From contig NW_008806289.1 in NCBI RefSeq assembly GCF_000400465.1, positions 150,001 through 182,000 on the forward strand: a stretch of DNA of 32,000 bases. Reading direction: 5' to 3'. The notes below the pieces were generated by a model. The model was not told the DNA's origin, did no database searches, and saw nothing but the letters and a program-made list of their open reading frames with translations. The DNA comes from Wallemia ichthyophaga EXF-994 (Eukaryota; Fungi; Basidiomycota). Both the position numbers and the translations under genes were made by a program. Shown in pieces: positions 20,579 to 31,276 of the stretch (its first letter is position 1; each line of letters opens with the position of its first letter).

Positions 20579-21538
20579 ATGGAGGAGATAATACCACTGT
20601 TGTACAAACAAGACGTTCTCAATTGCCAGTTTAGCAAATGGCATTCGAAATATAGAAAATTGTCCTCAAAGGCCAAGGTTGTGCCTTTATCAAGTGATTT
20701 TATAGAGTACCTTAACTCGGATGGAATTGTAATGCCCGCTGAGTGCAACCAAGTCGAAGACAATGATGACAGCGACGAGGAGCAAGTTGAATCCCCGACA
20801 TTCCCTGAAATATCAAATGAGATTAGGGCAACTATAGAAAAATACGGCACAGTTATCCCGAAACTTAACTGGAGTACACCAATCGATTCGCGATGGATCA
20901 ATCCAACAAACACGATAAGCTGCACAACGTTAGATGAGGTATACATGCTTCTCAAGTCCTCAGATTTTATTGCAGGTGAGCTGGCTGGCCAAGCGTTTGA
21001 AGAATGCGTAGATGGTCCACCAATTGAAATAGAATGGGAATTAGCTTTGAAGCAGCATATAGAAATCTCGCGCAATCAGGAGTTTAGAGTATTCGTCAGG
21101 GACAATAGAATTGTCGGGATCTGTCAACGTGATCTCAATTTCTATGACTTCTTGCAGGATACGCAGACACAGGATCAATTAAAGAAACTGATTGAAAAAT
21201 TCTGGCTGGATCACATCAGGGACACGTTCTCTAGTAATAATTACGCAGTGGACGTCTATATCAATCAACACGATAGAGTCATCTTGGTCGATTTCAACGT
21301 CTACGCATTAAGGACCGACAGTCTTTTATTCAGTTATGAAGAGCTCAGTGAATTAGCTCAATCAGACGCGTTCCCATTCAAGGTGATTGATACTCCTGCC
21401 GATCCACTCGCCCAAACCGGGTCTTATTATGCAAGCTCAGCTGTGCCGAAGGATCTGATCGAGGCTAGTCAAGGGAAGAATGCCATGGAATTCCAGCAGA
21501 CCTGGAATGAACTTATCGATTCAAGCAGGAAAGCTTAA
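20579..21538 (+). CDS. CDC123: Cdc123/D123 ATP-grasp eIF2-assembly factor
   Basis: CQFSKWH, PKLNWSTPIDSRW, VYMLLKSSDFI, EFRVFVRDNRIVGICQRD and LVDFNVY..TDSLLFSYEEL. Start placed at ATG 20579; a short upstream exon cannot be excluded. Confidence 0.92.
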   Translation: MEEIIPLLYKQDVLNCQFSKWHSKYRKLSSKAKVVPLSSDFIEYLNSDGIVMPAECNQVEDNDDSDEEQVESPTFPEISNEIRATIEKYGTVIPKLNWSTPIDSRWINPTNTISCTTLDEVYMLLKSSDFIAGELAGQAFEECVDGPPIEIEWELALKQHIEISRNQEFRVFVRDNRIVGICQRDLNFYDFLQDTQTQDQLKKLIEKFWLDHIRDTFSSNNYAVDVYINQHDRVILVDFNVYALRTDSLLFSYEELSELAQSDAFPFKVIDTPADPLAQTGSYYASSAVPKDLIEASQGKNAMEFQQTWNELIDSSRKA

Positions 21539-21854
21539 AACGCGTCACTTATCACCACGACCCCGCATTTGAACCTCGACTCGAAGTAAAGAAAGACTAG
21601 GCACGGCGCAGGAGAAGTAAAATACTTAACTCGTGTCAGCATCTATATATTATTTCTACACAATTTATGAAAATAAATTTTGACATCTCAAAACCGCGGA
21701 TTAGCGGATCCACTTGCGGAAAACGTCCAACATCGTTGAATTTAAAATAAGCCTTTGCTGGGTCAGGCTTTGTATTTTTAAAGAACTTGATTAGGATTTA
21801 TTGTATTCATACGCATCAAGTAGTAATATCTAAGCAATAGCCACTCGAGAAGCA

Positions 21855-24091
21855 ATGGGCGGTTTACACAATTTCAGCGTAAGTAGAGAGAAATTCAATG
21901 TTACATGAGCTTATACCACTTTCAGCCTTTCGAAATAAGCGCTCCTCATCTATTCTACGCAATCATGGGTGCATATGTCGGTATCTTCATGATGTTCTCC
22001 CTCTTCGTCAAGGAGAGGCTTTATATTGGTGAAGCAGTCGTCAGTACCATCTTCGGTATTATCATCGGACCTTACGCTGGAAATGGACTAAATTTCAGAA
22101 CCTGGGGATCATCTGGCCCCGGCGAAGCAGACGAAGAAATCACCAACGAAATCATACTCGAACTCACCAGAGTAGTCCTTGCTTTGGGTGTATTCGCTAT
22201 TGGTGTCGAACTGCCAAAGCAATACATGAAAAAACATTGGAAATCCATCTTCATGCTCCTTTGCCCGATTATGGCCTTCGGTTGGGTCATTTCAGCTGCG
22301 TTCATCTACGCACTTATACCGGATCTCTCTTACATTTCCTCACTCACCATTTCCGCAACTCTCACACCAACTGACCCTATTTTGGCCGCTGCTGTCATCG
22401 GTGGTAAATTCGCCCAAAAGCATGTTCCATCGCACACTAGACACTTGCTATTCGCAGAATCAGGGTGAGGTTTTTTTTGCAGTCTTATTGAAGCTAATAG
22501 TTCAATAGTTGCAATGATGGTGCTGCTTTCCCTTTCCTATACATTGGCATTTACCTTCTCCTATCACCATCAGACGTTCCATACGCTGTCGAAGAATGGT
22601 TCCTGGCTACCTGGTTTTATGAAGTAGCTCTTGGTATCGTTATCGGTGCCGTTATAGGTTACTGTGCGCGCAAGTTGATGAAGTTCTGTGAAGGACGCAA
22701 TCTCATCGATCGTCAATCTTTCGTCGCTCAATACGTAGCTCTCACTCTATTTACTATCGGTATCTCATTGATTATAGGCTCCGACGATCTCTTATCTTCA
22801 TTCGCTTGCGGTACTGCTTTCGCTTGGGACGGTTTCTTCAACAAGGCTACTGAAGAGTCTCACTTCTCTTCAATTCTGGATTTGTTGTTTAACATTGCTA
22901 CCTTCATTTTTATTGGTGCTATGGCGCCATTCGATTCCTTTAATGATCCTTCATTAGGTGGTATAACCAACTGGAGATTAGTAATTATGGCACTCCTCAT
23001 TTTGTTATTCCGTCGTTTACCACCTATGTTGGCATTATATAAATGGATCCCAGATGTGAAGACGTTCAGAGAAGCCTGCTTTGCTGGTTGGTTTGGTCCT
23101 ATGGGTGTCGGAGGTATCTTCATCTCTACATTGGCCCTCACTGAACTGCCATATCCTCAAGGCGAACCACAGAATCAAGCAGAGCTGGTAGCTATAACTA
23201 TGCATCCGATTGTTTGGTTCATGGTTCTAGTTTCTACTTTCATCCACGGTCTCTCTATACCATTCTTCTCACTTGGTAAACGTGTCAACACATTTCGACG
23301 GTCAAGCACATTCGGTAACACGTTCTCACGTGCGTCTATTACTGACGGTAATGACTGGATGCACCGTATGCAACAAATTGTGCCAGGGCAAGATATCGTT
23401 ATCAACAGGGATGATGAGGCTGAGAAGGGCAGCTTAACTCAGACTTCAAGTTCTCAGCAGCGGAAGGAAAGCGAAAACCCGAAGATGGAGGAGGTGCAAA
23501 GGGCATTAGACGATCCTAACCCAGAAGTACAAGCGTGGAGTGAGTATAAAGACTACAGCAACGATTAAAACTAACACGTGTTCAGTTGAGGGTAGAAACA
23601 TCGTCATAGAGAGGCCAAATGGGCCAGACGATAATGACACTAACGTGACCGTCTTCGAGAACGCTGTAACGAATGACGTGAAGCCTGAAGGGAGAAAGAG
23701 CATATTAGCATCCGTTGCATTGGAGATTGAGCAAGAGTTTAAGCATAAGTTTGTCACACCAATCACACATTTGAATAAGGGTCCTGAACACAACGGAACC
23801 GATGCTATTCGCTTTTCCGTAAACCACAACCCAGGCTCGAGGGAGTGGCTGAACTCGAAATTGTTCCCTCACCATCATGCTCATTCACATGAGCAGCCGA
23901 CGAGACCACCACAGACGTATAAACCACCATCAGCTAAAGAAAGCTTCAACGAAGAAAGTATAAATAAGCAAACGGGACAAACAGATACAAACCCGGAGCA
24001 CAATTCCGAAGGTGCAGGAATTAGATTTATAGATGAGGAGGACCCTCATGTACATGAACCTCACATACACCCGGCCGATAGGGAAGACTAA
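21855..24091 (+). CDS. NHA1: Plasma-membrane Na+(K+)/H+ antiporter (CPA1, Nha1/Sod2 family)
   Basis: ERLYIGEA, LTPTDPILA, AESG|CNDGAAFPF, GSDDLL, FRRLPP and GWFGPMGVGGIF. Introns 22465-22508 and 23540-23585, plus a probable first intron 21879-21925. An alternative ATG lies at 21905. Confidence 0.94.
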
Positions 24092-24435
24092 TATTCATTT
24101 CATTTCGTTTCTTTGGGTCTCTGTAGTAAATACTAGCAAGTAAATTAGCGGAATACTTACACTCGTTTAAATCATTTGTAATATTTATTCTTCACAATTT
24201 AGATACGTTTTAATCAGAAAATGCTCATTAATTTTGCAGAAAGTAACATCCGAATGAAAAAAGCTGTAATTATGAGGAAGAATATAAAGTAAAAGAGAAT
24301 GGAAACGAAAAAAGAAGGACTCTGAAGTTGGATCGCCGTGTTTGATGAAGCTAAAAAGCTTGTTGCTATATACAATTGCTACTTTGATAATTTAATAGAT
24401 CGTCGATTGATGCATGCTAGATTGTGTTAACTGTT

Positions 24436-27153
24436 TTAATTGTTTTGATGCGCGTTTGATGTTAATTGAGGTGGTTGATTTTGGTCTTCGAATTCAATGA
24501 AGTTTGCCAAGAGGCTTGAAGGTGATGCTGCTTCATGATCTTCGAGTGATTTATGGAAGGAAGAGGAAAGCGCTGGGGCTGATTGAGGAACGACATCATT
24601 CAAGCTATTCTCTACATCATTCAATGCTTGAATAGGATCCATGTTGAACGTATTCCATTGATGATGCGACTTATCATCATGCTCTCCGCTATCATTATCG
24701 TCGAAATGCGTAAAAAACGTCTTGCTTTCATCTTCATCTTCAATCCTTTCATTGAATGGCCATCCAGATCCATCGTTCTCGCCGTTGTGTAATCCTAAAG
24801 TGTGAAAATTGGTGTGATGCGCTGGTGCAGATTGAGGAACTTGGTGGAAAGCGAACTGTGATGCATCAAACTCATTACCCGTGCTAGTTGACGGATTTCC
24901 TTGTTGCGTACTCGCGGCCGTTGATGGTGATATAGCAGATGCTGTTATCTGTGACATTTGTGGTATCCCAATTGACAACCCGTATCTGTTCTTTGCAGAG
25001 TAGCCACCGGGTGTGAGGGGCATTCCGGGAGTCGTGTTTGGTGCTGAAGAGGATGGGAACGATAATGCTGGTGTGTTGAAACTATTGCTTGCGTTAAACG
25101 TAAACTGCGATGACGGTGGGTTTTTCTTGTGAAGTTTGGATAGTTTGATTGATCCATTCGGCGAGTGATCCGGTGTAATCTCAAAGTCGTAAACAACTAC
25201 AAGGACGACTTGGCCGATCTCAGCACCTCTACATGATTTCGTTGTAGGGAAAGGTGACACATCGTCGTGGTGATCGCTTGAGTTTGGTATGACGAACTCA
25301 TGTACCATAGATAAAGCGTTCAATGGGCTTGCAAAGGCTTGTCTTTCTTCGTACGACTTGGTGAAAACTTTAGTTGGTCTTGCTCCACCTTTGTCAGAGA
25401 CTTGACCTCCTAAAAAGCCTGAGAAGAATTCACCCCCATATGGTAGATCATAGTTGTATTCTTCTTTTTGACCAAACTTGTTGCTCATCGCTGGTTTACC
25501 CAAACCTTCGACATAGCCGAATACACGTGCGCCGAATGAGTAGAAGTTTGTGACGACTCTGTGAGCGTGTCAGTTAGTTTGATTGCTGGTTGCTATCGGC
25601 CAAACCTACTCGAGAGGAACGTCTTGGTTTGCTGTAAGGGACATATGTGTTGAAATGGTATCAAATGCTGTAGGTAAATACACTTCAGCAGCTGGTATTG
25701 CTAGTTGTATTCTAGCATGCAAGAATTGACATTGTAACTCGTCGTACATGTTTCCCAAGCCAGGATATCTCGCTTCACCTAAAGGCAGATCTTCCAAATA
25801 CAGAGATTTACATGGAGAATCCAAGTAATCGTGCTTCTGTTGGACGAGATCAGCAAGTGTGTGCTGTTGTTGACTTCCAATAGCCCAAATGCCTAAATCT
25901 TTTATATCGACCTCCACTCCCGATGGCAGCTTGGACATAGGTGACATTGGCGAGTGTGCCAAAGCATTTCCAATTGCCCGTGCGTGTATGGGTGTCCGTG
26001 TGCGTCCTTCACCGGTTGCGCTCACAGGTCTTGAGGGTGTTGACAAAGGATCGGCGAACTTGTCTGACTTTGGCGTGGCTGACCTTCTACCATCAAGCGA
26101 CTGTCGCTGCTGTTTTGCTGGAGGTCCTTGAGATGCTTGAGGTGCTTGAGATAATTGTGGTGCACCAACAGCTGCTGGTGATGGCATTGGCTGACCAGGT
26201 GCTACTGGATTGCAAAGGTATGGCTCTTGTGCGTTCTTAGACGTTGGCTCTAATCCATTCAATGGACCTTCGTCCATTTTTTGTTGGTAATGGAGCAGCA
26301 TTGGCTGGAGAGACGCCTCTTCTTCCGCCGATGGTTCTGACACCAACCACATAACTAGATAATTGTTATCAGTATTGATCACTTAGTCAAGCCTTACACT
26401 TACACCTGGTGTCATTTCGACGAACATTTTTAAGCACCTGGATATGTGAAGATACTTGCTTGCGTGATCGCTGTGCCCCAGTGCGCATACGAATGAAATT
26501 TGCAATAAGTTCGTTCCTTCCGCATGGCTTACCGTGGACCATCACTTTACGTCTTCCTAAGCGTGGAACTGTTACGAGAGCTAGGGTGGTTGTCAGACAA
26601 GCTTGGTTTATCGTCAGAGGTGCACACCTTCATAGAAAGCTTCATCCACCTCTGGTGGCCAGACCTCGTCGTTCCTTGCTTCGGGAAGGACCATCATGCC
26701 AGATGGGGTGACACCCGAGGTTGCACCTTTGACATCAAGTCCTAGCGCAGCCAAGCCACCAGGTCCACCTGCAGGTATTTGTAGTTGATGCACATTAGGA
26801 TCCGTACGTCTCCTTTTCATATCGGGTCTGGTGTTAGGTGGTGTTTGTTCGGGTTCGGGTGGAATAAATGGAGGGCCAAGATTGTTTGGTAATCCAATAT
26901 TTGTTATATCGCATGACTTTGAGCTTGTGTGTCCTAGTAGATCGTGGTGTTGTTGATATGTACGCTTCTTTGTGTCGTACTCGTTCTGTTGTTGTTGGAA
27001 TGAGAAATTCATGAAGGAGTTAGGTGTATCCAATGTACCGGCTGAGGGTGGAGATTGATACTTGTAGCTACTTGGTGTTGTTAATGGTGGAGTAACTAAG
27101 TCGTCAAAAGCAATTGAAGATGAACTGTTTGGTGGTGTACAGCTAAAGTTCAT
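24436..27153 (-). CDS. TEA/ATTS-domain transcription factor (AbaA/Tec1-like)
   Basis: Spliced TEA domain VWPPEVDEAFYE|ALVTVPRLGRRKVMVHGKPCGRNELIANFIRMRTGAQRSRKQVSSHIQVLK. Introns 26581-26627, 26355-26403 and about 25560-25608. Low-complexity activation-like regions flank the domain. Confidence 0.93.
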
Positions 27154-27873
27154 CAGTCTTTAGATGGCAAAATAGTTGTCTGTGTCTTGGATTGTCTTGG
27201 ACTTTGTCTTTGGGTGGTGGAATTCCAGTCTGAGTTATGAAGAACAATTCTCTAGATGTTGATCGCCTAAACTAGGAAATGTAGCTTGGTACTGATTTCA
27301 CTGTTTGGAATGTTTTTCTGAAGACGCGAATGTTTGAAGATAAAGCTTGTGGAGGCTAAGGAATTTAAAAGAAAAAATACGAGTTTGAGTTGTGGGAGAT
27401 TGGCAAGAGAGAATTCCAAACTATGCATGCCCATACCAAGCTGTCAAAATAGCGTATGACTGACACCTGCTGATGTTGAAAAATTGACCGTGCTACATTA
27501 TTATAATAAACTTCTTTAGTTTTAGATTATTCTGTTTGCTAAAAGGGCTTCAAAGTTTTACTCCAGGTGATTAAAGACTTGACATCTCCGCACGTCATAA
27601 ATCTATTAAGGAACCTAGGACCGGTTATCATTCGAAAAGCTTCAATTAGTTGCTTTTGAAAATCAGCAGAAATTTATGTCCTAGAATTCTGTGACATTGT
27701 GACAATCACTATTGATCCCGCGAGTTAGTCGCGACTTTGACAGGTGCTGCATATCAAAGCAGACTTAATTGCAATGACCTCATGATCTTATATTTGAGTA
27801 GTATAAATTGATACATCCTTATATTCATCTTCTACATCTTAAGAAAAAGAAATATAGCATTTTGCATTCACAA

Positions 27874-29499
27874 CTAATTTTTGATATCGAAGGACCCTGA
27901 TTCGAGTATTCTCATGAACGGACTATTGGCAGCCTGTGTAAACTGATCACCCTCGCCCTCTAGTACACAAGGACCTCTGAAATTCAAACGTCCACTAAAT
28001 TCGTCCTCATGTCCGCCATCCAGACGTACCTCGATAGCAGTCGTTGGGGGACCACAGCCGCCATTTTGAAGCGTATCATAGGGTATTCTTGCAAAAGCAA
28101 AACTGGAGCAGCGGGGATTTTTTAATGCTTTGACTACCGGTACTGACAGTGATACCCGGAGATCGGCGGCTGTTGAATCACTTAATAGGCTATCAGTGGA
28201 AACAATAAATTTGAGACCGTTGCTCAAACCGATAGCATTTCTGACACTGCTAAAAACACCCCAAGATGAAGGTGAAGGGATGACACCTGAAGCATCTGCT
28301 GCCAGGGCGTGACGTCTGCTGAATCTATACCACCACTTGTTCACCGCTATGCTAGTCAAGTCATGAGCAAGTAACATAAGATGCGTTCCCGAGCTGTCAA
28401 ATAATTAGCTGGAACATGATATGTCAAGTCATCTCGCTTACACGAAAAGGTACTGAGGTACGGGTGATAATGGCAGGGCGGAGTTTTCGGGTAAGCAGAA
28501 ATAAGAGCAACCTGAGTAAATTGCAGTATATAGTAAACTCCTCCCTATCGCTGAGGAGAGCGGCTCGTCAGTGACAATAGTGTCACTTTCCATTGGTTTC
28601 TTAGCAAATGGAATAATTGATAGTAAGGAGTATACACCTGCTGTCACATTCTAAAATGCTATTAGGATATTTATGGGTGATAAGTGAGTGAACTGACCTT
28701 GTTGTCCATACTATAGATCTCATCTCCACTCAAGACATAAGAGATGGTCGTAGGGGGCTCCCTATTGATCTTCTCAACAGATAAGGGAGTAACAACTTGA
28801 TCTAAATCGAGTTTAATGAAATTAAGACCGAAATTTGGTGGGATTTTCTTGGTAAAAGCACAAAGAAGGCCACTGAAGTGTGCTGGAAGAGTTCCGATGT
28901 TTTCATCAGTTACAATTGCGCTTATTTCTGCACCTTTGCGTTCCAAGGCAGATAAAGCAGTATTGATGTTGTCATTCGGGCTGATGTGAATAGTCTTTAG
29001 ACCGATAAGTATCGCGCCCAAGTCAAGTAAAATGGCAGTGAGAATATCTTGTGAAGCGATAAGAATTGCTGAGTTTTGTGATGAACGGAGTGTTGTGTGC
29101 TTATCTAGTATTGAAATTGAGTTTACAGACTTCCGAATCAACTCAGAAACAGTGAAAGTGATTCCTTGTACAACAATCTTAGCATTTGGGTTACCCAATT
29201 CGATTAAATCTGCAACACCGCGTGCTTTGGCTGCTGGTCTCTCGACTAACTAAGAAATCGTTAAGTATATGAACAGAGGTTTGAATTTAACTAACAGGAA
29301 GTTGGCCGATACTGGAATTACGATAAATAGCGCTCTGATTTTGATTCCTCACAGCGCTAGGCTCAGATTGGTTTGATAAGAGGATAGGATGTACGATGCT
29401 ATCAGAGCGATTGAAGAGGTGAAGCAACTGTAAGCCAATCAAAGCAGCCAATAGAATCTTTGTATTATCATTAAATCCGAATTGAGTTAAATTATCCAT
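27874..29499 (-). CDS. Degenerate AMP-binding/acyl-CoA-synthetase-like (ANL-fold) protein with N-terminal hydrophobic anchor, 4 exons
   Basis: Four segments splice via three short introns. N-terminal TM (ILLAALIGLQLLHLF), HPILLSNQSEPSAVR..SAIYRN, DNKNVTAGV (cf. LTHGNhhAGh), LRVSLSVPV and CGPP..AIEVRL..GRLNFRGP resemble long-chain acyl-CoA synthetase segments. The YTSGTTGxPKG motif is not recognisable. Confidence 0.65.
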
Positions 29500-29546
29500 T
29501 TTAACGCGTTGATTGTGCCTTGTAAAGGAACCACCAAGCCGTAATT

Positions 29547-31213
29547 ATGGAAGACGGTGAAAACTCTGAGCAACAAAGCGCACAGCCTACGCGGCTACCT
29601 TCATTGAGCTTATCGCAGCCACAAATTCCAGAATCGTCGAGTGCAGCGACACAGCAGCAACAGCAGCAATCACCACAACCACCCCAACCACAGCCCTCTG
29701 GCCCAATAAAACCTTCTAAGCTAAAATTAACAATACCTGCTCATCTTAAAGAGGAAAAAGCTCAAAAGGATGCACAAGCAAAGCACTTGAGAAGAGGTGG
29801 TAGAACACGGCAATCTGCTGGATTCTCAGGTGGTTCTAAAGATGATAGTGATCGCTATAAGCCACCTAAATTTAAATCAAATTTAAAGCTTAAAGTGAAG
29901 CAACTCGGTGAAGCACCAACTGGTCCCGCTGCGTTTTTGAATAGCTATGATAGAGAATTAGACTCTGATGATGAGGATTTACACATTGAAGAGCAATTCG
30001 TACTACGTATGCCCGAAAATGACGCTGATACAGATCGATTGAGAGACATGGTACAGAAAAGGGACGTTCAAGACGACGTTTGGTTTAAATTTAAAGATAG
30101 CAGGAGAGCTCAGTTTCATATTGGCGAGAAGCTTAGATCTGCAAAGCTAGTTGACTTACCTACGATCATTGAATCACAGAAAACACTGGATAACAAGCAA
30201 ATGTTTAAGATTGCTGATATTTGTCAAGTGAGTTATGCTTTATGGCTCCTTGACACAATAATTAACATTTTCTAAAGATGTTGGTTGTTGGAGATGAAAT
30301 TCAGCCAGATGCACCTGAAACTAAAGCTTTTAACACCAACGAGTATGTTTATCCTCATGGTATAACACCACCTATGAAGCACGCGCGTAAGAGAAGGTTT
30401 AGAAAGCGTGTTAATCGTCAAACAATTGAAACTGTCGAAGAAGAAGTTGAAAGATTACTTACGCAAGACGCAAAGTCTGATAAGGTGGAATATGATGTTT
30501 TAGATAGAACAGCATTCGAAGCAGAGATTGCACAAGATGAATCTGAAGCTGGTACACCATATCCATACCCTGAAGAAAGCTTTAACGCAACACCACGTGC
30601 AGAGTCAGAAGTTGGCAGTTTGATGGGTGATAGAGAAGAAGAAGAAGAGGAAGAGGAAGGAGGCGATCTTGATATGGATCTTGCTGCTGAAATTGATAAA
30701 GAAATGGAGAATCAAGGTAAAGATGAGGATGATGATGATGATGATGATGAGGATGATAGTAGTAGTGAAGAAGAAATTGAAGAAGAAGAAGAAGAAGAGC
30801 AAGAAGGAAATGTAGATAATGTGACTATGGAACTCGCAAGGAGAGGAAAATTGTTAAACGAGGAGATTAGGGATGTTGAGACAGCGCTTTCAAAGAAGAG
30901 AGCGGAAACAGCAACAACAGGGAATCCAATCATCAAGAGGAGGTTTGAAGATGCTTTACGGAAATTGCAAGCAGATTTGGATGCTAAGAAGCAGCAATTG
31001 GATGACATACACGAAGAGAGGAGAAGGATAATTGAGGAGAAGAAGGCGGAAGAGGAGAGTGAAGTGATTAGGGCGAATGAAGTTGTTGAGGAATCAGAGC
31101 CACAGCCAGAGCAGACACAAGTAGCGCCACTACCAGAACCAGAGCCAGAGCCAGAGCCAGCAGGACAAGAGCAAGTAACAATGGAAGTAGATAAAGCGTT
31201 ATTTGAAGTTTAA
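29547..31213 (+). CDS. TAF7: TFIID subunit TAF7
   Basis: IEEQFVLRMP, AKLVDLPTIIESQKTLDNKQMFKIADICQ|MLVV and YPHGITPPMKHARKRRFRK, then an acidic region and a coiled coil. Intron 30228-30277. Confidence 0.94.
30632..30800 (+). repeat. Coding trinucleotide microsatellites (GAA/GAG, GAT) encoding poly-Glu/poly-Asp in TAF7
   Basis: Runs of gaagaagaagaagaggaagaggaa, gatgatgatgatgatgatgat and gaagaagaagaagaagaa are directly visible. Confidence 0.85.
31120..31162 (+). repeat. Hexamer tandem repeat (CCAGAG)n encoding PEPEPEPEP in the TAF7 tail
   Basis: ccagaaccagagccagagccagagccagca is visible at about 31133-31162. Confidence 0.75.
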
Positions 31214-31276
31214 ATTTTTATAATTAATTGAATTTAATGATTTATTTAGCCTGTTAATCTGTAACGCTGAGGAGAT

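Noticed and set aside
21690-21780. GCGGA repeats and an AGCCT/AGGCT hairpin upstream of NHA1
   Set aside because: Short and imperfect. They could be Zn2Cys6-type sites, but sequence alone gives no support.
30605-31008. Antisense hydrophobic or poly-Ser ORFs over the TAF7 acidic region
   Set aside because: Artefacts of GAA/GAT microsatellites read in other frames or on the other strand.
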